IMG/VR virus record: IMGVR_UViG_3300042564_005549
Location: 1-64,000 of that record
Length of the DNA: 64,000 nucleotides
Direction: 5' to 3' (one strand)
Source of the DNA: a virus
The notes beneath the pieces are model-generated. The model was not told the DNA's origin and searched no databases. It saw only the letters and a program-made list of their open reading frames with translations. A program made the position numbers and the translations under genes. This document shows, one piece after another, positions 28,540 through 39,809 of the stretch (position 1 is its first letter; the number at the start of each line of letters is the position of its first letter).

Positions 28540-30957
28540 ATGAAAGTTAAAAAGAGGAATGGTGAACTGGAAGAAATGAGATATGACAAAATCACTAAAC
28601 GTATTAGTGCTTTATGTCACGATTTGAATATGGATTATGTTGACCCTACATATATTACATTAAAAGTAACACAGGGAATTTATGATGGAATATCTACAAT
28701 TGAGTTAGACAAATTAGCAGCGGAAACCGCGGCACAGATGACATCTACTCACCCCGACTACGCAAAATTAGCGGGTAGAATTTCAGTATCTAATTTACAT
28801 AAATCAACCCCAAAAAAGTTCTCACAATGTATTAAAGAGTTATATTCTTTCATTGAACCAAAAACTGGTAAAGAATCTACTTTAATTTCTGACGAAGTAT
28901 ATGAGTTCGTAATGGAAAATAAAGAAGTTATCGACGGTGCAATTGATATGAACAGAGATTTGGATTTTGATTATTTCGGATTCAAAACATTAGAACGTTC
29001 ATATCTTTTAAAGATTGGTAATAGAATTGTGGAAAGACCACAATATATGTATATGAGAGTTGCGGTGGGTATTTGCAAAGGAGATGTTGAAATGGCTTTG
29101 AGAATCTACGATGACTTATCACAACACTTTTATACACACGCCACTCCAACACTATTCAATGCAGGAACACGTAGAGCCCAAATGTCTTCTTGTTTCTTAA
29201 TTGGAAACAAAGGTGACGATATCGATGGATTGTTCGATACAATCAAAGACGTTGCAAAGATTTCTAAGTGGGCTGGTGGTATCGGATTACACGTACACGA
29301 TGTTCGAGCTAAAGGTTCTTACATTAAAGGAACCGGTGGAGAATCTGATGGTCTAATCCCAATGATGAAAACATATAACGAAGTTGCTCGTTGGATTAAC
29401 CAAGGTGGTAAACGTAAAGGTTCGTTCGCAATTTATCTTGAACCTTGGCACGCGGATGTATTTGAATTTATTGATTTGAGAAAGAATCACGGTAAGGAAG
29501 AAATGAGAGCAAGAGATTTATTCTTGGCTATGTGGACTCCTGATTTATTTATGAAACGTGTGGAAGAGGATGGTGATTGGTCTTTATTCTCACCTGACGA
29601 AGCTCCGGGTTTATCGGATGCATATGATAGTCCTGAAGACAAAGCGTTTACACGTTTATATGAACAATATGAACAAGACGGTAAAGCAAGAAAAGTTATT
29701 AAGGCAAGAAAGTTAATGGATGCAATATTAACTGCACAAATTGAAACAGGAACTCCTTATATGTTGTATAAGGACCCTGCAAACTATAAATCAAATCAAA
29801 AGAACTTAGGTACAATTAAGTCATCAAACTTATGTACTGAAATACTTGAGTATTCCTCTCCAACAGAACAAGCCGTTTGTAATTTGGCATCAATCGCATT
29901 ACCTAAGTATATTCTTAATGGTGAGTTTAACCACGAACTATTGTACGAATATACCTACCAAGTAGTAAAGAACTTGAACAACGTAATCGATTTAAATTTT
30001 TATCCAACCGAAGAAACAAAACGTTCAAATTTCAAACATCGTCCTGTTGGATTAGGAGTTCAAGGATTGGCGGATGTGTTCTGTATGTTGGGTATTCCAT
30101 TTGAGAGTGAAGATGCCGATAAATTACAAACTGAGATTTTTGAAACTATCTATTTTGCGGCGTTAACATCGTCAAAAGATTTATCTAAAACTTTTGGTCC
30201 ATACGAGAGTATAGTGGGTTCCCCGATTGAAAAAGGGATATTTCAATATCAGGTATGGGACAAAACAGATAAAGATTTATCAGGTCGTTGGGATTGGAAA
30301 TCATTAAGAAAAGAGGTGGTTAATTACGGTGTTAGAAACTCACTATTAGTTGCTCCAATGCCAACAGCTTCTACTGCACAAATATTAGGTAATAACGAGG
30401 CGTTTGAACCATTCACCACCAATCTTTACCTTAGAAGAACATTAGGTGGAGAATTTGTTGTAATTAACAAACACTTGGTTAATGACCTATTAAAAGTGGG
30501 TATGTGGAATGATAACATCAAAAACAAATTAATTTTTGAAAATGGGTCAGTTCAAAATATTCCTGAAGTACCAACCGAAATAAAAGAGATATATAAAACT
30601 GTTTGGGAAATGTCACAAAAGAGAATTCTTCAAATGGCGGCAAACAGGTCAGTTTTCATTGACCAATCCCAATCTTTGAATTTATTTATTGACAATGTAA
30701 CCAAACCAAAATTATTGGCCGCACATATCTATGGATGGAAATTAGGATTAAAAACGGGTATGTATTATTTAAGAACAAGAGCTGCGGTGGACGCTATCAA
30801 AACTTTAGGTGTTGAAATGTCCGCTCCTCAAAAAGTGGAGACCACCACTCAAAACGTGGATTTACCAACTAAATCTATATTGTTCGAACAAAATGAAACA
30901 GCGTTAAGTATGAAACCTACAGACTCACCATTTGAGTGTGAGGGATGTGGTTCATAA
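28540..30957 (+). CDS. nrdA: ribonucleotide reductase class Ia alpha subunit with ATP cone
   Basis: VKKRNG ATP cone, ATPTLFNAG, SSCF, SSNLCTEI, CNLASI, APMPTASTAQILG, LKTGMYYLR, C-terminal CEGCGS. Confidence 0.98.
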   Translation: MKVKKRNGELEEMRYDKITKRISALCHDLNMDYVDPTYITLKVTQGIYDGISTIELDKLAAETAAQMTSTHPDYAKLAGRISVSNLHKSTPKKFSQCIKELYSFIEPKTGKESTLISDEVYEFVMENKEVIDGAIDMNRDLDFDYFGFKTLERSYLLKIGNRIVERPQYMYMRVAVGICKGDVEMALRIYDDLSQHFYTHATPTLFNAGTRRAQMSSCFLIGNKGDDIDGLFDTIKDVAKISKWAGGIGLHVHDVRAKGSYIKGTGGESDGLIPMMKTYNEVARWINQGGKRKGSFAIYLEPWHADVFEFIDLRKNHGKEEMRARDLFLAMWTPDLFMKRVEEDGDWSLFSPDEAPGLSDAYDSPEDKAFTRLYEQYEQDGKARKVIKARKLMDAILTAQIETGTPYMLYKDPANYKSNQKNLGTIKSSNLCTEILEYSSPTEQAVCNLASIALPKYILNGEFNHELLYEYTYQVVKNLNNVIDLNFYPTEETKRSNFKHRPVGLGVQGLADVFCMLGIPFESEDADKLQTEIFETIYFAALTSSKDLSKTFGPYESIVGSPIEKGIFQYQVWDKTDKDLSGRWDWKSLRKEVVNYGVRNSLLVAPMPTASTAQILGNNEAFEPFTTNLYLRRTLGGEFVVINKHLVNDLLKVGMWNDNIKNKLIFENGSVQNIPEVPTEIKEIYKTVWEMSQKRILQMAANRSVFIDQSQSLNLFIDNVTKPKLLAAHIYGWKLGLKTGMYYLRTRAAVDAIKTLGVEMSAPQKVETTTQNVDLPTKSILFEQNETALSMKPTDSPFECEGCGS

Positions 30958-30965
30958 AAAATAAT

Positions 30966-31037
30966 GGGAGACTCCCTCAAAGTATGACTGTCGACAAGGC
31001 GTACCTTGGTCTTCCAGGTTTTGAGAATACAGGGGGT
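30966..31037 (+). ncRNA. candidate structured RNA element downstream of nrdA
   Basis: GC-rich intergenic stretch with nested pairings ACTCCCT/AGGGGGT, GTAT/ATAC, CTG/CAG and GAC-AAGG-CGTA-CCTT-G-GTC. Confidence 0.35.
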
Positions 31038-31057
31038 GAATATCAAGACACTACATT

Positions 31058-31083
31058 AAAACCCATCTTCGGATGGGTTTTTT
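31058..31083 (+). terminator. terminator with a C(UUCG)G tetraloop
   Basis: AAAACCCATC-TTCG-GATGGGTTTTTT. Confidence 0.88.
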
Positions 31084-31120
31084 ATTTATTACCATTTTGT
31101 ATTAGTTTATATTTATTGAT

Positions 31121-31576
31121 ATGGCGACAACATCATACGGAATTGATTATCCATTTAGGGATAGTAGATACGGAGATTACTTAAAAACAACGGAATCTCC
31201 ACAAAGAGAAGTGAGAGCGAATATCATACACCTACTCCTAACGAGAAAGGGTACAAGATATTATTTACCCGATTTTGGAACAAGACTATATGAGTATATT
31301 TTTGAACAAAATGATGTGGTTACATTCAACCATATAGAAGAGGAGATAAGAGAAGGAATTAGGAAATTTATCCCTAATGTGGAGATTAAATCCTTAAACA
31401 TTATGTCTGCAGAAAATGACCCTGACGAAACAAAAACATATAGTGAGGATGAGGACGAAAGATTATTTAGAGTTTCGGATTACTCAAGTAAACCATACAC
31501 CGCAAAGGTGAAACTTGAATATACAGTAAATAACGGAGCATTTTCGGTATCAGACTTTATAATTATTAACATATAA
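31121..31576 (+). CDS. baseplate wedge protein, gp25/GPW-like
   Basis: GIDYPF, LLLTRKGTRYYLPDFGTRLYEYIFE, IRKFIPNVEI. Confidence 0.92.
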   Translation: MATTSYGIDYPFRDSRYGDYLKTTESPQREVRANIIHLLLTRKGTRYYLPDFGTRLYEYIFEQNDVVTFNHIEEEIREGIRKFIPNVEIKSLNIMSAENDPDETKTYSEDEDERLFRVSDYSSKPYTAKVKLEYTVNNGAFSVSDFIIINI

Positions 31577-31577
31577 G

Positions 31578-33407
31578 ATGGCTAAAGAAATATCATACGC
31601 AACGAGGGATTTTGCCGGTTTAAGAGACGAATTAGTTTCACTAACCAAAAAATATTACCCTGAATTAATAAGTAACTTCAACGATGCATCGATTTACTCG
31701 GTGTTACTTGATTTAAACGCTGCGGTTGCAGATAACTTACACTTTCACATTGATAGGGTTTGGCAAGAAACAATGTTGGATTTTGCACAACAAAGACAAT
31801 CATTATTTCATATTGCAAAAACATATGGTATTAGATTACCCGGTTTAAGACCATCAGTTGCTTTGTGTGATTTCTCAATTAATGTACCTGTAAGAGGTGA
31901 TAAAGACGATGAGAGATATGAAGGTATATTGAAAGCCGGTGCTCAAGTTTCAGGAGGAGGACAAATATTTGAAACATTGGAAGACATCGATTTCTCAAAT
32001 CCTTTCAACAGTAAGGGTGAACCTAACAGATTAAAGATTCCTAATTTTGATAATAACAGTAAGTTAATATCATATACGATTACAAAAAGAGAGGCGGTAG
32101 TTAATGGTACCACAAAAATATTCAGAAGAGTAATTAACGATGTTGACCAAAAACCGTTCTTAAAACTTTATCTACCTGAAAAGAATGTGTTAGGTGTTGT
32201 GGGAATGATTCATAAATCAGGAACCAATTATGTTACCAACCCAACGTATGATGAATTTTCAACAGGTAATAAATGGTATGAGGTGAAATCATTAATGGAA
32301 GATAGAGTTTTTATCGAAGACCCGACAACCATTTCAGATACGGACAATTTTAAATCAGGTGATTATCTTAGAGTAGATAATAAATTTATCACAGAATACA
32401 CACCTGAAGGATATTTCAATATCACTTTCGGTTCAGGAAATGTTGACCCAATGGATAATTTGGACAACTATATGAACGGAACAATGAAGGTTAATATTGC
32501 AACTTTCCTAAATAATAACTCATTAGGAAATATTCCGAGAGCAAATACCACGTTATTCATCAAATATCGTGTAGGTGGGGGTAAAGAATCGAATTTAGGA
32601 GTTAATGTAATCACATCTGTAGATACAATTGATTTTGCTTTAAACGGTCCAAATTCAACAATAAACGACCAAGTTTATCAATCATTAAGAGTTACCAATA
32701 TTACACCGGCAGTTGGTGGAGCAGATTCCCCAACAATCGAGGAAATTAGAAATATGGTTGCGTATAATTTCGCAGCACAAAATAGAGCGGTTACATTAAA
32801 CGACTACAAATCTTTGATTGAGACAATGCCATCAACATACGGAGCACCTGCGAAGGTTAGTGTGATGGAAGAAGATAACAAAGTAAGAATCAAATTATTA
32901 TCATACGATAGTGATGGTAACTTAACTGACATTGTTTCTAACACATTAAAGAATAACGTATTAAATTATTTGGCTAAGTTTAGAATGTTGAATGACTTCT
33001 TAGACATTATGAGTGGTGAGGTCATTGATTTAGGTTTAGAAATTGACTTGGTAGTTAACAAAAACGAAAGTCAAAGTGATGTACTTAAAGAAACAGTTAA
33101 TACGGTTACAAGTTTCTTCGCAATTGACAAACGTAAAATGGGTGACCCATTATTCGTAGGTGATTTAATGAGAGAAGTTGGTAATGTTACAGGAGTAGTA
33201 AACGTTGTTGAAATCAGAGTCTTTAATAAAATTGGAGGGAAATATTCATCTGCTGAGATATCTCAAGCGTACAAAGATGACATAACTAAAGAGATTTTAC
33301 AGTTTGATTCTACCATATATATGAAATCAAATCAAATCTGTCAAATTAGGTTCCCACAATCAGATATTAAAGTTAGGGTAAAAACTTTAACTTCGGCTAC
33401 ATATTAA
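31578..33407 (+). CDS. baseplate wedge protein, gp6/baseplate-J-like
   Basis: RDFAGLR, ITFGSG, YRVGGGKESN, GGADSPTIEEIR, QNRAVTLNDY. Confidence 0.92.
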   Translation: MAKEISYATRDFAGLRDELVSLTKKYYPELISNFNDASIYSVLLDLNAAVADNLHFHIDRVWQETMLDFAQQRQSLFHIAKTYGIRLPGLRPSVALCDFSINVPVRGDKDDERYEGILKAGAQVSGGGQIFETLEDIDFSNPFNSKGEPNRLKIPNFDNNSKLISYTITKREAVVNGTTKIFRRVINDVDQKPFLKLYLPEKNVLGVVGMIHKSGTNYVTNPTYDEFSTGNKWYEVKSLMEDRVFIEDPTTISDTDNFKSGDYLRVDNKFITEYTPEGYFNITFGSGNVDPMDNLDNYMNGTMKVNIATFLNNNSLGNIPRANTTLFIKYRVGGGKESNLGVNVITSVDTIDFALNGPNSTINDQVYQSLRVTNITPAVGGADSPTIEEIRNMVAYNFAAQNRAVTLNDYKSLIETMPSTYGAPAKVSVMEEDNKVRIKLLSYDSDGNLTDIVSNTLKNNVLNYLAKFRMLNDFLDIMSGEVIDLGLEIDLVVNKNESQSDVLKETVNTVTSFFAIDKRKMGDPLFVGDLMREVGNVTGVVNVVEIRVFNKIGGKYSSAEISQAYKDDITKEILQFDSTIYMKSNQICQIRFPQSDIKVRVKTLTSATY

Positions 33408-33460
33408 TTTGTTTTTTAGTTATCTTATAAGAAAATCATTGAGTTTCTATTTATTATAAG

Positions 33461-36400
33461 ATGATACAAAAACATAGAATTCATACAAACATAGGGGAAG
33501 ACCAATACATTAAATTCGAAGTCAAACAAGATTTCGATTTATTGGAGGTATTGTCGTTAAAATTATCCCAAAGAGACGTATACACTTCGTTGTGTGCGGA
33601 TTATGGTGTTGTTTGTGGTAGACTTACTGTAAACAACGGATTCGGTGTTCCAAACGCAAGAGTTTCCATTTTTATTCCATTAGACGACGACGATGTTAAC
33701 GACCCGGTAATATCAGCATTATATCCATACACAGAAGTAACCGATAAAGACGATAATCATTATCGTTATAATTTATTACCCGCAAGAAAACAACATAGTG
33801 GTCACGCGGCGACGGGTACATTCCCCGACCAAACTGATATCTTAGATAGAGAAGAGGTTTTGGAGGTATATGAAAAATACTACAAATACACTGTAAAAAC
33901 GAATAGTGCTGGTGACTTTATGATTTGGGGAGTTCCTCTTGGAGAACAAATCATTGTATGTGATGTTGACTTGTCAGACATTAGTTGTTTTTCACTAAGA
34001 CCGGACGATTACCTAAGAAAAGGTTTTGGATTAGAAGAATTCCAATCAACATATGAGTTTAAAGCTAGTGTTGATATTGACTCACTTCCACAAATTAAAA
34101 CATTCAAAAAAACAATTGAAGTTTATCCTTTTTGGGGTTCAGAAGATTTATGTGAGATTGGTTTAACAAGAACCGATTTTGATTTATCCGACCAAGGAGT
34201 TAAGATAGAACCAAAGGCTTATCTGATTGGTGGAACATATACAGATGGAAGACCAGGACTTAAGGCAAACTGTAGTGTTAAAAGAGATAGTAACAAAAAA
34301 TGTGATTTAACAACTAAGGCAGGTAAAATCGAAATGATTAGAATGACCGCCGAGTATGATGAAAATAACAGACCAAAATTAGAATTATATGATGTAAAAG
34401 AAGATATCTTAGATGACGGTTCATTTATTGTTTCGTTACCTATGAATATGGACTTTGTTTATACAAATGAATTTGGTGAGAATGAATATTCAAACGACCC
34501 AAATAAAGGTATACCAACATCAGGTTGTTATCGTTTTAAATTCAAAACATTACAAGAAGGAACTGCAGAATTTTTAGTACCTAATATTAGAGAATACACA
34601 ACAAATGTGGATAAGTCATATGCTTGGTCTACATTGTATGATGATTATCCTTCAGAATCTTTGAGTTTAATTTTGAACACATCTGATGGATTTTACACAC
34701 CCCAAGATTATTTTTATAGGTTTACCTACAATAAAGTTTTTACGGTGTCATCATTTCATAATTCATTCTTTAAAAATTCTTTGTCTACATTATCGGGACA
34801 ATTATTAGGACTAAAAGAATTAGCACCACCAAAAGAATCAGATTGTGAAAATGCTATCGTTACTCCACCGGTTAACTTTGGTTTTAGAAATTATACAATT
34901 AAGTTATTAATTGCAGATATATTATTGTTCTTTGAACAATTATCAACAGTTTCTGGTTTTATATTTAATAATTCAGTAGCAAAAATATTTCATAGATTTT
35001 CAGATGCGACTAATTTCTGGCCGATTAAATCAGTTAGTAGAGCATTAAGAAGATACGCTTATGGCATTCAAGATTCGGGACAAAGAGAATTATTTTTAAT
35101 TGATTTTCCTTCTTGTCTTGAATGTAATAAAGATAATGAATACGGTACCGTCGGTGGTTTAGGTAACTCAGTAGATTTTTGTGAAGTCGGTACAGTTACA
35201 ATTCAAGGTACTTCAGTAGAATCCCCAAGAACAGTAATTGCAACAAATTTTGTATTTAATAACCCAGACCCAGTTACTTGTTCGGGAGCAACTACACCTG
35301 CAGATTTAACTTACTTTATAAATAATCAAACAAATTATATTTTAACAACAGGAAGTAATGGAGTTCTTTTAACAGGAACAACAATTTTTACTTCGGGAGC
35401 TACGATTACATTTAATGACACATTAGGTATGTTTAACGAAAGTATAACATATAGTGCAGTTATTAGAGATAAAAATGCGTCAACTGTAGGTTCAGAACAA
35501 TTAGCTGCGTTAGAAGAAGGATGTGCACTTTATGATACACCATATGATGAAGCGTTAGTTCAAAAATATTACATAGTACCAAATAGAACTGAAATATTAC
35601 CAACGTCATATACTGCAGGAATGGATGTAATGGCAACATTAATATCTGACGTGGATTCGAGCAATAAACCATTACCGGCATCATACGATGGAGAAACGTA
35701 CACACCAAGAACGACATCAGGTCAATCTGAATTTAGTAATGGAATATTTGCAATGATTCCTGGTACTATGACGAATAGAAGAGTTGTTGCGATTATGAAA
35801 GAATATAGAAGACGTAGACGTATGGCTAAGTTATTCTGTTCGGGAGTTGTGAATTATTCTTTCGTTGATAATTGGTTATCAGGTTCACTTTATTTTATTT
35901 CATTTGAGACTCAAAAAAGATTTTTATTTTGGACAAAATCTGCGTGTTGTGAGAACATCATTAAGAGAGTCACACAAAAAAACATAAAAACAAATGAAAA
36001 TGAACCTCATTATTACTATAGAAGCACAACTTATAATAATGGTACAGGTGAATGGGGTGTAGCATTTAACGGTTCGAAAAAAAGATTAAATAGACCAACA
36101 ACAATAGTTGATTTAGGACCAAGAGATGAATTCATTAGAGAAATTTGTGTGGACCCTAATTTAGACCCTAACTGCTCAGTATCGAGAGAAATAGGTCCAT
36201 CATCATTTAAAGATTTTGGAGAAATTCTTGGTATGGCGATTAACTATAGAATGGATGTTAGTAACTCGAATTTTGACGTTAGAAACTTTTTCGATAACAA
36301 TGGATTTTATTCTAACGGAATTAGAAGTGCGTTAGACGGTGATTTATTACAATTAATATCAATCAACAGTGAAGTCGGTATTGAACAATTCGATTTACAA

Positions 36401-37204
36401 AGTCCGAAATACATTGGTTACAGTTATCAAATATTAGACCCTGAATTATATCCGGATGTTTTCAAAAAGAATAACGTATGGGGACCGTTACCAATAACTA
36501 TGGAATTTTCTGAAGATGGTGAAAGAGTTCGTGCGTGTTTAAATGAACCAACACATATTGCAAATGACGGAGTTACACAAGTTCAAGGTAGATTAACTGA
36601 ATCGTCACAACCGGTACCGTTCTTTTTATGGGATAAGAAAGGAACAGGATTTGGGGCATATAATACAGAAACATTAGATGACCAATCTTGGGACATTGTT
36701 AACGTTCAAGTACAACCATTACAGGGTATGACATATGCGTATAATGTAACAGGTTCAACAGACGATTCATCCGACAAATACTTGTTATTACCAATCACAT
36801 ATGATTTCACAGGCACATCAGTATCAACATTGAATGTTGTGGATGACGAAGGTTTCGCTTACGATGCGGTAATATCAGGAATTACAGGAAACGAATACCA
36901 TCAGTATGATTCACAATATCCTGGTTACACAGTTTTACAAGTAACATCGGGAACTTTAGGTAATCCATCGGCGGGTATGTTATATACTCGTTATGGTAAT
37001 GCGGGAACTTGGAACGGTATCCCTTGGACAACATCAACCGATTTCTTTATTAGAAGAACACAAGATTATTATAACGGAACTAAACAAATACTGTCAACAC
37101 CATTTATGTTCCACTTTGGATTAAGACCGGGTAAAACAGGTCTTGATAAATTTATTGATAGGTTCGGACCTAAAGGTGCATTTAAATCATCGAACTTGAC
37201 ATAA
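33461..37204 (+). CDS. large virion structural protein with an N-terminal prealbumin/carboxypeptidase-regulatory-like beta-sandwich
   Basis: 1247 aa. GVVCGRL...GVPNARVSI and TNSAGDFMIWGVPLG. Lies in the baseplate block. Confidence 0.6.
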   Translation: MIQKHRIHTNIGEDQYIKFEVKQDFDLLEVLSLKLSQRDVYTSLCADYGVVCGRLTVNNGFGVPNARVSIFIPLDDDDVNDPVISALYPYTEVTDKDDNHYRYNLLPARKQHSGHAATGTFPDQTDILDREEVLEVYEKYYKYTVKTNSAGDFMIWGVPLGEQIIVCDVDLSDISCFSLRPDDYLRKGFGLEEFQSTYEFKASVDIDSLPQIKTFKKTIEVYPFWGSEDLCEIGLTRTDFDLSDQGVKIEPKAYLIGGTYTDGRPGLKANCSVKRDSNKKCDLTTKAGKIEMIRMTAEYDENNRPKLELYDVKEDILDDGSFIVSLPMNMDFVYTNEFGENEYSNDPNKGIPTSGCYRFKFKTLQEGTAEFLVPNIREYTTNVDKSYAWSTLYDDYPSESLSLILNTSDGFYTPQDYFYRFTYNKVFTVSSFHNSFFKNSLSTLSGQLLGLKELAPPKESDCENAIVTPPVNFGFRNYTIKLLIADILLFFEQLSTVSGFIFNNSVAKIFHRFSDATNFWPIKSVSRALRRYAYGIQDSGQRELFLIDFPSCLECNKDNEYGTVGGLGNSVDFCEVGTVTIQGTSVESPRTVIATNFVFNNPDPVTCSGATTPADLTYFINNQTNYILTTGSNGVLLTGTTIFTSGATITFNDTLGMFNESITYSAVIRDKNASTVGSEQLAALEEGCALYDTPYDEALVQKYYIVPNRTEILPTSYTAGMDVMATLISDVDSSNKPLPASYDGETYTPRTTSGQSEFSNGIFAMIPGTMTNRRVVAIMKEYRRRRRMAKLFCSGVVNYSFVDNWLSGSLYFISFETQKRFLFWTKSACCENIIKRVTQKNIKTNENEPHYYYRSTTYNNGTGEWGVAFNGSKKRLNRPTTIVDLGPRDEFIREICVDPNLDPNCSVSREIGPSSFKDFGEILGMAINYRMDVSNSNFDVRNFFDNNGFYSNGIRSALDGDLLQLISINSEVGIEQFDLQSPKYIGYSYQILDPELYPDVFKKNNVWGPLPITMEFSEDGERVRACLNEPTHIANDGVTQVQGRLTESSQPVPFFLWDKKGTGFGAYNTETLDDQSWDIVNVQVQPLQGMTYAYNVTGSTDDSSDKYLLLPITYDFTGTSVSTLNVVDDEGFAYDAVISGITGNEYHQYDSQYPGYTVLQVTSGTLGNPSAGMLYTRYGNAGTWNGIPWTTSTDFFIRRTQDYYNGTKQILSTPFMFHFGLRPGKTGLDKFIDRFGPKGAFKSSNLT

Positions 37205-39003
37205 TGGAAAAAAGAAAAATTATATTACCAGAGAAGAGGTATCATAAAGCATCTTCAGAAGACCAAATCCTCCAAATAAATTTTGAAGAGGGTAAGAGTT
37301 TATTAACAAACGACGACAGAGATGTTATTTTGGACATAAATGAGTTATTCGGTCAAGAGAGAAACGATAGTAAAAGATATAAATTATATGGTAAACTAAA
37401 AGTTGTATTTAGAAATATGTACAGTGGGTTATCAAGTTACTTACCATTGTCAGAAGAATTGGCATTGGTTGGTGACGGAGATGACGGTGAATTTGATGGG
37501 TACTTACCATACAATGAATTTGCTTTTTTAAGAAATGATGTGTATCGAGAAAAGTCTAACGATATCGATGTTGCAGATTTAAGTACGTTCACGGGAATTA
37601 CAGTAACAAAAACAGGTGACATTACACACCAATTGATTACACCGATGAATGCTCCTTATCACAATTGGAATTTATACGTATCATACGTTTATGACCACGA
37701 TGAAAGTTATCCGATGAAGTACACGTTGTCAGGAAACACAACGATGAGTTTTGTGAGTGGAGATGGTATTCCTTTTAGAATTTCAGATAACAACGCAAGT
37801 TATAGATTAACAAGCCCTGTTGACCACGGAATGAGTGAAGGTGAATATGTTATACTTGGAGGTTACCCATATTATATTAATTCTATCGGTAATGAATATT
37901 ATAATTCAGAACTATATGTTTTAGATATTTTAAAATCACAAATACCTTCAGGAACAACAACATTCAACAATACGTTAGTAACAGGTAAAAGATGTATTGA
38001 TACAAAAAATATATCAGGAACCACATCAACATATTATGTTCATAAACATAAAACCGCAACTAATACTAACGATTATATTTTAGATAAAGCAGGATTTGAA
38101 AGTCCGATTTTTGAAGATGAGAGAAAATTAGTATTTGAAAATATATCAGGAACTAATGATGTATTAGTTGAGAGAAATAGAATGGAGGCCGTTCTTTATG
38201 ATTTTAAAGAACCCTTTGTATTAACAGGATTAACAAATAATTTAAATTATGAACCAACTGATTTATATCTATCGGTTTTATTTAGAAATGGAAACGGGTA
38301 TTTTGATTACCCACCTAAAGTAGGTTGGAAATTTAATTTACACAATACTTGGATTGATAACCATTTTAATGGTTCAAATAAATCATTACCTCCATATGAA
38401 ACAGGTATGGGTACAGGTACACAATTTGTAAAAAGTGGAATCACATTTACAAGCGGTAGTACATTACCAGTTGGTACTGTATTAACAGGTGCTTTTATAG
38501 AATATAGTCCTTCACAAATTAAAGAAAGGGTAATATCGGAATCGATGTATAGGTTATCAAATCCTACAAATATTTTTAATTATAATCAATCAGTAACAGT
38601 TGAAGGATTTAGTGGAGCAACATCTACAAATATGTATGGTGTAATTTATCAACCACATTATAGAGTTAAAATTAGAGAGTTGTCACCATACGTCGAGGCG
38701 TCATCAACGGCAGATATAGATAATCTACCACAAAACGCAAGATTTTTTCCATTCGAGAATGTATGGAAATGGAGAGACGTCTATGATTATGGATACACAG
38801 ATGATTTAGGATATGGAGTTGACTATCCGTTTTTAAATAATACACATTATGTAAGAACCGATATTAATTTCTATATGAGAAATGAAAAAAATTATCAACA
38901 TAAAGCTGATGGAATTTTTGATTTCAACGGATTTATCAATAGATATAATAATAAAAATAATAGATTGGATAGAAATAATTCAAACACAAGTAAAAACTGT
39001 TAA
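37204..39003 (+). CDS. putative structural protein
   Basis: 599 aa, translationally coupled (TAATG), rich in [ST]GxT. Confidence 0.6.
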   Translation: MEKRKIILPEKRYHKASSEDQILQINFEEGKSLLTNDDRDVILDINELFGQERNDSKRYKLYGKLKVVFRNMYSGLSSYLPLSEELALVGDGDDGEFDGYLPYNEFAFLRNDVYREKSNDIDVADLSTFTGITVTKTGDITHQLITPMNAPYHNWNLYVSYVYDHDESYPMKYTLSGNTTMSFVSGDGIPFRISDNNASYRLTSPVDHGMSEGEYVILGGYPYYINSIGNEYYNSELYVLDILKSQIPSGTTTFNNTLVTGKRCIDTKNISGTTSTYYVHKHKTATNTNDYILDKAGFESPIFEDERKLVFENISGTNDVLVERNRMEAVLYDFKEPFVLTGLTNNLNYEPTDLYLSVLFRNGNGYFDYPPKVGWKFNLHNTWIDNHFNGSNKSLPPYETGMGTGTQFVKSGITFTSGSTLPVGTVLTGAFIEYSPSQIKERVISESMYRLSNPTNIFNYNQSVTVEGFSGATSTNMYGVIYQPHYRVKIRELSPYVEASSTADIDNLPQNARFFPFENVWKWRDVYDYGYTDDLGYGVDYPFLNNTHYVRTDINFYMRNEKNYQHKADGIFDFNGFINRYNNKNNRLDRNNSNTSKNC

Positions 39004-39809
39004 TGAAAGTTTTAAAAAATATTAGAGATGGTATAGTCTTAAATTTAGAATCCAACTTCAAACCAGATTTAGGTAGAGAAGAGGCGTTAGAACAATTTGA
39101 GAACGAAACCATAAGAACCATTATCAATCCTGCGGAAAATTACGAAACGATGAGGTATATTCATAAACCTTATTCGGGTATCACTTCAAACCCAACGGAC
39201 ACTCAATCAGATATTTGGTTTTATTTTTATTTCTATAATCAAAGTGGAACTCACGTTGGTGGTTTAGATTATTCTTTAATTGGTATTGACCATATCGAGA
39301 ATGCTAAACAACTTAGACAAACTACTAAAACATTTTTTAGATTAGAATTTTTTATGGTTCCTGATGGTGAAGTTCCCGATAGAACAAATAGAAAATTAGT
39401 ATTTGCTAAAAATCTTTCATTACCACTTGGAGAAAAAGTTTTTTACACCGGATTTAACGATTACATAAGTGTACCCATTTTTAATGGTTCAAATTATAGA
39501 AACAAAGAAAATATGTATCTGTTTTGGTTCCAAGAGGATGACGCATTTGTCGGTACTATGTTAACGGGTACAACTTTTTATATGACTGCAAGATTTTTTA
39601 ATGGAGAAGACGGAACTGTTTTAAACTTTTCAAACACATCTTTATCCACTAACACTTCAGTTTTGGAGTATAGAGATTTATATTATAAGGTAACGATAGA
39701 CAGGTCAGATTATTCATATCAAGTATTCAGATATTCAGGAACTACAGGAACAAGAATCGGAGAATCGGGTGACCCCATAAAATTTTATGAAATAGTATCT
39801 GGAGGATAA
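39003..39809 (+). CDS. putative structural protein
   Basis: 268 aa, coupled by a TAATG overlap. Confidence 0.6.
   Translation: MKVLKNIRDGIVLNLESNFKPDLGREEALEQFENETIRTIINPAENYETMRYIHKPYSGITSNPTDTQSDIWFYFYFYNQSGTHVGGLDYSLIGIDHIENAKQLRQTTKTFFRLEFFMVPDGEVPDRTNRKLVFAKNLSLPLGEKVFYTGFNDYISVPIFNGSNYRNKENMYLFWFQEDDAFVGTMLTGTTFYMTARFFNGEDGTVLNFSNTSLSTNTSVLEYRDLYYKVTIDRSDYSYQVFRYSGTTGTRIGESGDPIKFYEIVSGG

Noticed and set aside
26143-30957. Inteins or introns in the helicase, nrdB or nrdA
   Set aside because: The ORFs are continuous and of normal length.
30945-31184. 79-aa ORF bridging nrdA and the gp25-like gene
   Set aside because: It runs through a strong terminator and overlaps both neighbours.
3735-33407. 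Bacterial contractile injection system or tailocin instead of a phage
   Set aside because: The tail genes are interleaved with T4-like replication, recombination and RNR genes, and there are no cellular housekeeping genes. Capsid and terminase are presumably outside the window.
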